NCBI GenBank assembly: GCA_001724265.1
Contig: MEDY01000097.1
Coordinates: 59,202 to 79,201, forward strand
DNA: 20,000 nucleotides
Source: Rhizaria sp. SCN 62-66
Lineage: Eukaryota
Direction: 5' to 3'
The position numbers and the translations under genes were made by a program. Within the stretch, counting starts at the first letter, position 1. Every line of letters begins with the position of its first letter. Shown here one piece after another: positions 1 through 8,956 of this stretch. The notes beneath the pieces were generated by a model. It had not been told where the DNA came from, ran no database searches, and saw nothing but the letters and a program-made list of their open reading frames with translations.

Positions 1-1
1 T

Positions 2-1816
2 GAGATGTCATCGTTCGCCACCATCTACGCAGGTGCAGGCTCGATTGGCATGCTCCTGACAAACACACTCATTACTGCACTGGCTGACCGCTGGGGCCGC
101 AAAACGATTATCCTCCTTGTGCTTAGTGGCTGCCTCTTCGAGTCAACGATGTGGCTGCTGACCACGCGCTCAGAGACGGGCTTCTTCCGCGAAAACTGGC
201 GCGTGCTGCTTCCTATCGCATCTTTTATCCAGAGCTCTGTTGGTAGCATCGCTATTGCCGTGTTTGCGATCTACACGATTGTCGCGGACTGGACGCGTTT
301 CCGCACTGAATACCGCACTACGTTGTTTGCTTGTCTCGAAGGCGGGTTTGCTATCTCTGGCATCCTCGGCGCACAAGGCGCTGCGCTGTTTATGTCAATC
401 GACCCGTTCTACGCATTCGTCTTTTCCTGGAGTCTTATCGCCACTACACTTATCCTTAACGCACTCCTGCTTGAAGACACGACGCCACCCGAAGTCCGCA
501 ACCGCAAGATCGATTGGTGGCACGCGAACGCTTTCGGCGCGCTTCTCATCCTCTGCCCCACGCGCCGCACGCGCGCGCTGCGAGAGGAAGACGCGCACCA
601 GTCGTATGAGGAGCTGTGCCAGGAGCTGCTCCGGTCTAAGATTGGCGACCCTATTGCCGTTGACCCAGTGCTTGTGGCCGAGAACACTGCCGGTGTGGCT
701 GCCCCAGAAAACACGGGGCTGTACATTGCGCCGCGCACCGACACCGAGATTCTTGCCAGGGGCGTTCTGGCAAGCGACGACTACGCTGGCCGCGACGCCG
801 GTGACGCATACGGTGACGGCGATGAGGGAGCGCGCATGCGCTCAACCAATAGCACGCTGACTGATAACACTAACAGGAATAAGCACAATGCCGGCAAGGG
901 CTTCAACCCCGCGCTGAGCGAGAGTCTCACGGGCGCTGACTCCCTTTCCGCGCTCACGTTGCACGCACACAATAGCGATGGCGTTCTGGGGGACCACCAC
1001 GACGGCGCTATGTCTCCGCTGCAATCGGCGACGCCGTCGGCATTGGAGCTGGCGCGCCACGGAATCGCCTTGCCCGCAGAGCCACACGGCGTTGGCAACG
1101 CACTGACGGTACTTGCAGTTGCCGCGTTCATTGGTACGTGCGCCGTGGTTGGTCTTATGACTGTGCGCATCCCGTACATGAAGCAAGAGTACAACGCGTC
1201 GGACCAAGTCGTGTCGAATCTTGCCACGATCGAGGCCGTCGCGCGCGCCACTGGCACGTTTGTGCTCGTCCCACTGCTGCACAAGTTCATCTCCTCGCGT
1301 GTGGCGGAATTGCGCACGGTTCAAGCACTGCTGTTTATGCAGGGCGTTGTGCTGCTGTTTTTTATGGCCGCGAATACGCTCTGGCAAACCTTTCTTATTT
1401 TCATCATCGGTGGCTTCTGCTCGTCTATTCCTTTCGGCTTCCTGCGCGGGTTGCTCTCCACCGAGGTGGGCGTGCTGCTGCAGGGTAAGGTCTTGTCTGC
1501 ACTGGCCTCAGTCGACATCTTTACGATGTTGTTTGCGTCCACGGGCTTCTCTTCGCTCTTTGCGCACACCAACAAGACGTTCCCAGAGTCTGTGTATGTG
1601 GTCTGCGGCTTCTTTTTGATTACAGCCGCGCTCATTCCGCTCCTGGTCTCCGACACCAAGGCTATGTTCAACAGCCGTCGCAAGCGTGTGCCCAAGAAGT
1701 CCGCCGCTGATGTCGCTGCTGCTGATGCAGAGGCTAATGAGGGCGGCTTTGGTGCTGCTGGCGACCTTGCGCCGCTTGCACCTGGCGCGGACTCGGATGC
1801 GGGGTACATCAACTAA
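2..1816 (+). CDS. Major facilitator superfamily transporter (SLC46/TCR-Tet-like), probably 5'-truncated by the window edge
   Basis: The frame is open from position 2 (GAG ATG...) to TAA at 1814-1816. It has the MFS motif-A-like ALADRWGRK, two blocks of hydrophobic helices separated by a long hydrophilic loop, and C-half motifs such as LRGLLSTEV..LQGKVLSAL. Motif A lies only about 25 aa from the first Met, so TM1 is probably upstream of the window. Confidence 0.85.
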   Translation, partial: EMSSFATIYAGAGSIGMLLTNTLITALADRWGRKTIILLVLSGCLFESTMWLLTTRSETGFFRENWRVLLPIASFIQSSVGSIAIAVFAIYTIVADWTRFRTEYRTTLFACLEGGFAISGILGAQGAALFMSIDPFYAFVFSWSLIATTLILNALLLEDTTPPEVRNRKIDWWHANAFGALLILCPTRRTRALREEDAHQSYEELCQELLRSKIGDPIAVDPVLVAENTAGVAAPENTGLYIAPRTDTEILARGVLASDDYAGRDAGDAYGDGDEGARMRSTNSTLTDNTNRNKHNAGKGFNPALSESLTGADSLSALTLHAHNSDGVLGDHHDGAMSPLQSATPSALELARHGIALPAEPHGVGNALTVLAVAAFIGTCAVVGLMTVRIPYMKQEYNASDQVVSNLATIEAVARATGTFVLVPLLHKFISSRVAELRTVQALLFMQGVVLLFFMAANTLWQTFLIFIIGGFCSSIPFGFLRGLLSTEVGVLLQGKVLSALASVDIFTMLFASTGFSSLFAHTNKTFPESVYVVCGFFLITAALIPLLVSDTKAMFNSRRKRVPKKSAADVAAADAEANEGGFGAAGDLAPLAPGADSDAGYIN

Positions 1817-2347
1817 ACTCAACAGTGTTAATAGATGCAGCGTACAAAGCTGCTACTTTGGTGCTGAAATAACTTTGTTTGTCGATCCTTTGCTTTTATT
1901 TTTTTTCCTTACTTGTTCGCACACGTGTTTCACTAAATCTGTTATCCGCCTTAATATGTTGTCACTCTTGTTCCTTGACTATTCATTCCTGACCGATAAA
2001 CACAATACATATCGTATGTAGTTTTGTGTTCTAGCTGATATACTTCGTCGCAATACATTGTTGATTGGTTTTTATTTAATCATGAAATCAAAATACTTGT
2101 CCGTCCTTGCATTCAGCACCAAATATCAGACACTGCACACGATATGCGATGGCGCAGTGATTCAAAGCCATTTCAGCTTCAGCAAAAAGTGAACCGTCGC
2201 GGGCTCTGCCAACCGCAGAGCTACCATCCGGTCCACATCGCCATACACGCACTCACGCCCTGTACTTGCGCTCTAGAGTATCAGCTGTGCAGCTACAGCG
2301 ACGTCAGCGACGAGAGCATTGTACGCTCACCTCAGGTGTTAGTTCGC

Positions 2348-3208
2348 TTACGCGATGCGCATAATGATGTGCCAGCCCGAGGGGCTCTCGGTGGGCGGCG
2401 ACACCTCGCCAACGTTGAGCGCAAAGGCCGCCCGCGAGAACTCGGGGTGCATCGTCTCGAACGTAAACGGGCCCAAGTCGCCGCCGCGCGTGTGCGACGA
2501 GCACTCGCTCTCGAGCGACGCCAGGTATTCGAAGCTCTCGTTGCCCTCAACAATGCGGCGGCGCAGCTCGGTGACACCCGCCAGCGCCTCGGCCGGGGTG
2601 CGCGTCACGGGGTTAGGCGACTTCCAGCAGATGGGGTTGCGGGAGCCGGTGTGCTTGAGCAGCAGGTGGCGCGCGCGCACCATCGGCGGCGCGGCGGCGG
2701 CCTGCTCCTTAGCGATCTTAAGGAAATGCTCCTCGCCGAGCGCGCGGCCGAGGCCCATGCCGCCGAAGACGAGGCTACGCGCCACAGCGGGGGTCTGGCC
2801 GATGTGGACAACGTCGCCGTCGAACACAGGCTCGCCCACGCCGGGCTGCATGCGCTGGCCGTTGAGCCATGAGCCGTGGCTCGAGTAGTTGTCAAACAGC
2901 ATTAGGCCCTGGCGTGTGTAGATCAAAACCAGGTGGCTGCGCGAGAGGCCGTCCTCGCCCTGGGGAAGCACGAGGGTCATCACGTTGTCAAGCTTGCAGC
3001 GGCCCACAGCGTACGCGCGGTCGGACGACAGCGCCGCCCAAGGCTGCACACGCTCGATCAGCGTGCCGTCAGGCTGGTGCGCATCGATGTAGATCTGCTG
3101 CAGCATCGGGGGTGCGTTGATCGCCCAGTATGGCAGATCAAGCGAGGCAGAGTCAGACTTGGGCAGCACGCGCTGCTTGTAACCATCGCGCCAGGTGAGG
3201 GTGGTCAT
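2348..3208 (-). CDS. FHA domain + Pin1-type parvulin peptidyl-prolyl cis-trans isomerase (286 aa)
   Basis: FHA motifs VGR...LSRSH...FDNYSSHGSWLNG...DGDVVHIG are present. The C-terminal rotamase has ARHLLLKHTGSRNP, SECSSHTRGGDLGPF, FSRAAFALNVGEVS and SGWHIIMR, which align by eye with the Pin1 catalytic domain. Confidence 0.93.
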   Translation of the reverse strand: MTTLTWRDGYKQRVLPKSDSASLDLPYWAINAPPMLQQIYIDAHQPDGTLIERVQPWAALSSDRAYAVGRCKLDNVMTLVLPQGEDGLSRSHLVLIYTRQGLMLFDNYSSHGSWLNGQRMQPGVGEPVFDGDVVHIGQTPAVARSLVFGGMGLGRALGEEHFLKIAKEQAAAAPPMVRARHLLLKHTGSRNPICWKSPNPVTRTPAEALAGVTELRRRIVEGNESFEYLASLESECSSHTRGGDLGPFTFETMHPEFSRAAFALNVGEVSPPTESPSGWHIIMRIA

Positions 3209-3212
3209 ATCT

Positions 3213-3262
3213 CTACAGAAACACAGATTCAGGAAAAACGAAAAATGAAAAAGTTAAGAAAA
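3213..3262 (-). promoter_or_regulatory. Splice-acceptor-like site 4 nt upstream of the FHA-PPIase ATG
   Basis: The minus strand reads ttttCTTAACtttttcatttttcgtttttcctgaatctgtgtttctgTAG|agatATG. Confidence 0.6.
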
Positions 3263-3575
3263 CTGCGCAGAGTATTGATATCTTCTAGCGGCAGTCTAGT
3301 TGCACGATGTGATGAGGCACATCGGTTTGGTCAGTTCAAATCCGAGTCCAACGGCTTTCACAACCTCTCAAAGAGACACCACAAATATCTGATTTTGCGA
3401 CTTTCAAGAGGATTCGACACAATAACAGTTGTGTATTGGAGTAGTTAGAAAAGAAAAATAAATGAAATACATATGTTTGGGATAAGAAGTATCACAAGAA
3501 GTTTGGGTTAGAACTACGGAGTGAATAATCTATTTGTTAGTTACGGTTAGCTAAGTCTGTCTCAATGCGGGGACG

Positions 3576-6500
3576 TTACATGACAGTGCAGCAGCCCTTA
3601 GGCTCGGGCTCGGGCGCACGGTAGCCCGTGCGGTCGACAGGCAGCCGGTCCAAGATGGCGACGAGATCCTTCTCGCGCGCGGTCCGCGCGACGTGTCCCC
3701 AGGTCGCGTAGAGCTTCTCCTCCTCCGGGCCCAGCTTGAGACTGCGGAAGCCGGCCTCGTTGAAGGCGCCAACCTCGTCGACTGACTTAGCGTGCACCTG
3801 CGACGGGTCGGGGCGGTACGGCGGCACAATCTGCAGCGCCAGCAGCGCCTGCCAGTCGATGGCGGGCAGCTCCAGCGCCTGTCCCGGACCTGTCGGCACG
3901 GGATCCACGGGCGTGTAGTAGGAAGTGGGGCCGTGCGGGATTGCCACAGCCGAGGCCGGGAGACGCAGGGAACCAAAGAACGGGTGCTGCTTGATCTCGG
4001 CGATGCCCGCGGGACCGCAGCCGAGGCGGCGCGTGGGGTCCGGGTGGAACAGACGCATGATGAGGTCCTTGGCCTCGGGGATCGCGCCGAAGATCGTCGG
4101 CGGGTAAGTCACTTCGAGGTCAACGAGCGCGTGCGAGTTGGTCGCCAGCCCCTCGATCGCGGACGACGACTCGAACGGCGACCACCGCGGCGCCGACGCG
4201 GGTGACACACCGTGTATATAGTACTGGTACCGCGGAACCTGTGGCAGCACGCCGACCATGTGTCCCGCGACCGACAACCGCTTCGGCGGGCGCACCACAG
4301 GCGGAAGCGGGAGAAAGCCTGTCGCGAACGGCAGGTCGTCCCCGGCGTCATGGTCTTCGCCGTCGTAGCCCTGGTCGCCCGCGGACGGGCCCTCAGTCGC
4401 GCGGCGACTGCCACGGCTGCGGCCCGCGGACGCGCCATTGGACCGGTGCGTGCGCGAGCGCGACTGAGACGGCTCTGGCGCAACAGGCGCGGCCGCGGCC
4501 CCAGCGCCGGCGGCCTCTGTGGCCGCGGTGGAGGCCGAGGCGGCGAGCTTCTTGGGCCCCAGCGCGCGCGAGCTGGCGACGGGCGTGGCCGACGGCGTGA
4601 CGCCCTGGCCGCGGGGGTCCTCGACCACTTCCGCACCTGCGTCGGCGTCGGCGTCATCGGCGTCGGCGTCGCCGGCGTCCACGTCCAGCTCCAGCTGCAC
4701 GTTGCTGTCGTTCACCGTGCCCTCGCCCGCGCCGGCGCCGTCGCCGGAGCTCGTCGCAGCCGCCGCCGTGGCGGCCGATGAGGCGTTGGCGGCCGTCGCC
4801 GGGTCGCCCTCGCTGGCCGCCGCGGCGTCACCCTCGGGCGCAGCGGAGGCCGAGGCTGCGGCGGCGTCGCTTGCAGACGCGGGCGCGCTATTGCCCGCGC
4901 TGCTGGCGGCCGAGTCGGCCTTCGTGCCAGTGCGCGAGCCACCGCCGCCGCCGGTGACGGCCACGGTCGCCGCGGGCGCGGGGGCCACGGTGGGCAGCGG
5001 CGCGGGCGCGGGGGACGGCGACGGCGACGGCGACGGGGACGGCGAAGGGCCCGGCGCCAGTGCGGACGCGGACGCGGAGGCCGACGCGGACGCAGAACCC
5101 GGGGAGCCCGCGGCGGACGCAAAGGGAACGAGCTCGACGTCGGCCTTGCTGTTGCTGTTGCCGTCGCGCGCGCTGGCGTTGTTGCTTGTGTTGCCGCCCG
5201 CGTTGGCACGGGAGCTGGCGCGCGCGCCGGAGCTGCTGGTGTTGCCGCGCGACGCTGAGGCCGAGCCGCCCGCCGCGCTGCTGCTGCCGGCCGCAGTCGC
5301 GGTCCCGGCGGCCGCGCGTGTGCCGTTGACGCTCACGCTTTTGCTCAGACTGGGGCGCGGCTTGTTGGCGCGCGAACCCGAGCCCGAGGGTTGGAGACCG
5401 TTGCCACCAGCCGCCGCGGCGTTGGCGTTGGCGTTGGCGGCGGCGGTGATGGCCGCGGCGGAGCGCGCAATGGCATCTTTCTCCGCGGCGGCGGCGCGCT
5501 TGCGGGCGGCCTCGCGCGCGGACCGCGTCTCGCGGTTCTCCTTGGGCACGCGCTGCGTGTAGTCGCGCTTACCCTGCGACACCAGGTGCGGGCGGTGGCC
5601 AGTCAGCATCTCGTACAGCAGCACACCCAGCGACCAGTAGTCGGACGCCTTGGTGGTGCCGTTCTTGCTGGGAACCTCTGGCGCCCAGTACCCAGAGGTA
5701 CCGGCGATGTGGCGCAGCGGCTTTGTGCGGTGCAGCCGGATCGAGAGACCGACGTCGGAGATCTTGGCGTTGCCGGCGTCGTCGAGCAGGATGTTCGCGG
5801 GCTTCAGATCGCGGTACACGACGTCCATCGAGTGCATGTGTTCCAGACCGAGCAGAACCTGTGCCAGGTAGAACCGCGCGCGCTCGATCGTGAACCGGCG
5901 CCCAGGGGTGTTCTTCAGGTGGAAGCTGAGGTCGCCGCCGAGACAGATATCAAACAGCAGGTACAGGTTGTCCTTGTCCTGCAGCGACGCCTTGAGCGAG
6001 AGCACAAACGGCGACGCCATCGTCTTGAGCATGCGGCGCTCGTTGAGCACCATCCACTCGAAGCCCTTGTCGGCGGCCTTGATCATGCGCTTGGACATCT
6101 GCTTCACGGCGCATACGTTAAGCGTCACCTTGTGCTGCGCGGCAGACACTGCGCCGAACGCGCCGCGGCCCAGAGTCCGGAACACCTTGAAGTCCGTGAT
6201 GGCCATGGGGGTCGCGCCGCCGTCGCCGGGCATCGCGGGGACAGGGATGGCGTCTCTGCCCCCGTCGCCGTCTTCGCTTCTCTCTTCGTCGTCCTCACCG
6301 CGCGCGTGCGCACTGCCCTTGGCCGCGGCCGCCGCAGCGGCGCCGACCGCGGTCGAAGTGAGGTTGCGCGGCGTGACCGCGCCATTGCAATTGAGATAGT
6401 CCTGCAGCTGGACCCAGAGCGCGAGGAACGGCGAGTAGCGGAACGCGCGCACGGCGGGCAGCAGTAGCGGCCGCAGCGACGGGTGCGTCAGACAGCGGTC

Positions 6501-7923
6501 AAACAGGCTCGCCGGCGGCCGCAGCACCGCCATCGGCACTGCGGGCAACAGCGGCGCGCTGGCCGCAGCGGCAGCGGTCGCGGCGGTCGCGTCGTCGCTC
6601 AGACTAGCGGAGTTGCTGCGGCTGCCGCCGCCGCCGTTGCCGCCGCCGACGACCGACCCGGCCATCGACGCGTCCTTGGAGTCCTTGGCCTCTTTGGCCT
6701 CCTTGGAGTCCTTGGCGCGGGCAGCGGCGGCCGCGTTGGCGGCGCCTGTCTTCTCGAGGATGATCTTCCTGCGCTCGCGCTCGTGCTCCAGCGCCCAGTC
6801 GCCCGTCAGCGGCGGCTGCCCGGGCTGCGTGGCGTCGATGGCGCGCTGGATCTCGTCCAGCACGCCGTCGCGGCGCAGCGCCACGGCCCAGGCGCGCAGC
6901 ACCAGCGGCTGCAGCCATTCGCCGGGCAGCGCGTGCCCGTGGGGCACCGGCAGCGCGGCCAGGGACACGCCTCCGCTGGACCCGCTGGCCTCAGCGGCGG
7001 CGGCGGCGGGGCCGGGGGCGGCTCCCGCGGCAGAGGCGGCGGCCGCAGTGGGGCCGTTGACGCTGCCCCGAGGGAGCGCGTTGGCAGTGACGGCGTCCGC
7101 GTCTGCGGGGCCCGTGCCCGTGCCGGACGCGGTGACGCCCGACGCGGCATCCTCGGCGGCGCTGGCGGCCTCGGCCGTGAGCGCGGCGTGGAACGGCGGG
7201 TTGAGCGCCGCCAGTCCGCGGACGAGCGCAGTGGTGATACCGTGCACGAGCGTGTTGGGCGAGGCGGGGTCGTAGCGCGCGTCGACGGCCGCCGTGTGCG
7301 CCGGGCCCCGGCTCGCGGGCGCGGCGGGCGGCACGGGGGACGTCGCGGCCGCGGAGGGTAAGTGCGGGATCGGGTCGTTGGCCGTCGACGCGGCGGCGCG
7401 GAGACGCGCCAGCAGCTCGATCGCGCGGTCGCGGCGGTCCACGATGGGCACGGAGGGGAAGTTTTTGATCTCGGCAATGAGCGCGGCGGCGTAAGGCAGC
7501 GCAAGGAGGTTCTGGAACGAGAGGAACTTGAGGAAGCACCACGACAGCGTGCCCTGCGAGCCGAGCACGGAGGCGAGCGTGATCTCAGCGTTGTTTTGCA
7601 GATTGTAGATGCGGGAGCGCAGAAGGTGCGGGGAGCGCAACGGGAGCTCGACGGGGGAGGTCGCGCTCTCCTGCACGGCCTGCAGGAAGCGCGTGTTCTC
7701 CACGGTCGTCAGCACTTCGTCGAAAAACGACCTATTTAGCGATTAAGACAAAAACGAAGCAGAGAGGGTAAGGTGAGGCGAAGGAAGGCGCGAACGGAAA
7801 TGAACGAAAATACGCGGGTTTTGACGAGGCAAGCTTAGCGCGGAGTCAGAGAGGCGAAAAAGAGACAAAACATGACTTGTGGGGCGAAGACACGCTGGCC
7901 GGGAATGCGAAGCAGACGTACAT
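3576..7923 (-). CDS. G protein-coupled receptor kinase (GRK)-like AGC Ser/Thr kinase, about 1385 aa; model join(complement 7923..7922, 7731..3576)
   Basis: Kinase motifs FRTLGRGAFG, CAVKQMSKRMIK, MVLNERRML, GGDLSFHL, RARFYLAQVLLGLEHMH, VVYRDLKPANILLD, ISDVGL, GTSGYWAPE and DPTRRLGC..EIKQHPFF, plus the AGC tail IDWQAL..PPYRP, are all GRK-like. The N-terminus DEVLTTVENTRFLQA resembles the GRK alphaN helix, fragments of an RGS-homology domain precede the kinase, and the protein ends in CCTVM. The ORF-track start at 7715 is a GTG (Val), not the real start. Confidence 0.88.
5014..5043. repeat. (GACGGC)n hexamer tandem repeat encoding (PS)n in the kinase insert
   Basis: The sequence is gacggc gacggc gacggc gacggg gacggc. 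Confidence 0.8.
7732..7921 (-). other. Predicted 190-nt spliceosomal intron interrupting the kinase start codon (AT|G)
   Basis: On the minus strand the donor is gaacaacAT|GTACGT and the acceptor is ...ctctctgcttcgtttttgtcttaatcgctaaaTAG|G TCG TTT TTC GAC GAA GTG. Splicing gives an in-frame ATG. Confidence 0.75.
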
Positions 7924-8103
7924 GTTGTTCTCCGAGGGCGTTTAGCACGCGGCTCGGTAACGGAGTTTTGGGAGGCGAGGGAAGTCGACGAACGACGCGA
8001 GAGTCACAGCAGGAACGACGCCTGTGTTATGACCACCTCGCTAGGTGTGTGAAAAGGCCAGTAAAAAGTCGAGTAGCGACCTGGGGCAGGTGCGAGTGGG
8101 AAG

Positions 8104-8165
8104 CTATGTGACGGAGAGCCAAAGAAACAGACAGGGTGAAACGCAGAGGAGAGTGAGTCAGCGTC
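8104..8165 (-). promoter_or_regulatory. Splice-acceptor-like site in the kinase 5' region
   Basis: The minus strand reads GCTGACtcactctcctctgcgtttcaccctgtctgtttctttggctctccgtcacaTAG. No other AG occurs for about 128 nt upstream. Confidence 0.55.
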
Positions 8166-8769
8166 GCGTTTGGAGAAGCGGCGTCATGCAACGAGCCGCA
8201 ATTAATACAGGCCATCATGTGCAGAATGCGCCGCTTAACTCATAAGGCGACTCATATCCAAAAGTTGCGAATGCACGAGCGAGCGTTCTCTGAGCCACGC
8301 AGACGATGCTTGAGAGTGCAAATCAGGGGATAGCAAGGCGGCGAACAAAGGAAATGAAGCGGTCGATGCGGGACCCATACCGCATCTAGCACAGAGTGTA
8401 ATTTAAAAATCCGTCATACACAAGTGAAATTGTCATGAAACACACCAACAAAGCCGTTTCCACAATAAAGACAGCCATCAGATAACCTCGTTTGAAACCT
8501 TGACAACCCCAAATCTTCCCATGCTTTTTGCTCCTCGCTCAGCGCCTCAACAGGTTCGTGAAAATTGGCCAGCAACGAATACACAAGCGAGAGAGAAGAG
8601 AGAGACCGTTTCTTTCCAAGCCATTGTCGTTTTATTTGCAACGAGCTATACTTCATCTAGACGCCGTCATTTGTTCATATGGGGCGAGAAAGCAAATATT
8701 TGCGATTTATTTTATCATTTGCAATTGTTGGTTTTATGTAATGTTTCTGTGACACCCTTGTATCGCTGG

Positions 8770-8829
8770 CTTTTTGACCGCCCTCACGTCCCTATTGCCC
8801 TCACACCTTCACCGCTTGCTTTCACCCAG
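8770..8829 (+). promoter_or_regulatory. Splice-acceptor-like site upstream of the CFAP97-like gene
   Basis: A pyrimidine-rich run ends in ttgctttcaccCAG at 8829. No AG occurs between about 8693 and 8827. Confidence 0.5.
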
Positions 8830-8956
8830 CCTTCGCGTTCCTCGCGTTGTACCAGGACCAGGTTGCCGCTCCTGCGTCTCTCCCTTTCTAACCCCCCTCT
8901 CCACTCGTCGTCCCCCGCGCCCGGCCTCCGCCCGCGCCCCGTTCCGCGCCGCCGCC

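Noticed and set aside
4320-5572. Kinase insert interpreted as a large intron (G|GTAAGC at 5572 with a phase-compatible ACAG near 4320) or as an intein
   Set aside because: The segment is GC-rich, stop-free in frame and codon-biased, unlike the two lower-GC, T-rich introns here. It has no polypyrimidine tract and no intein motifs (no Cys/Ser start with His-Asn end). It cannot be fully excluded without RNA data.
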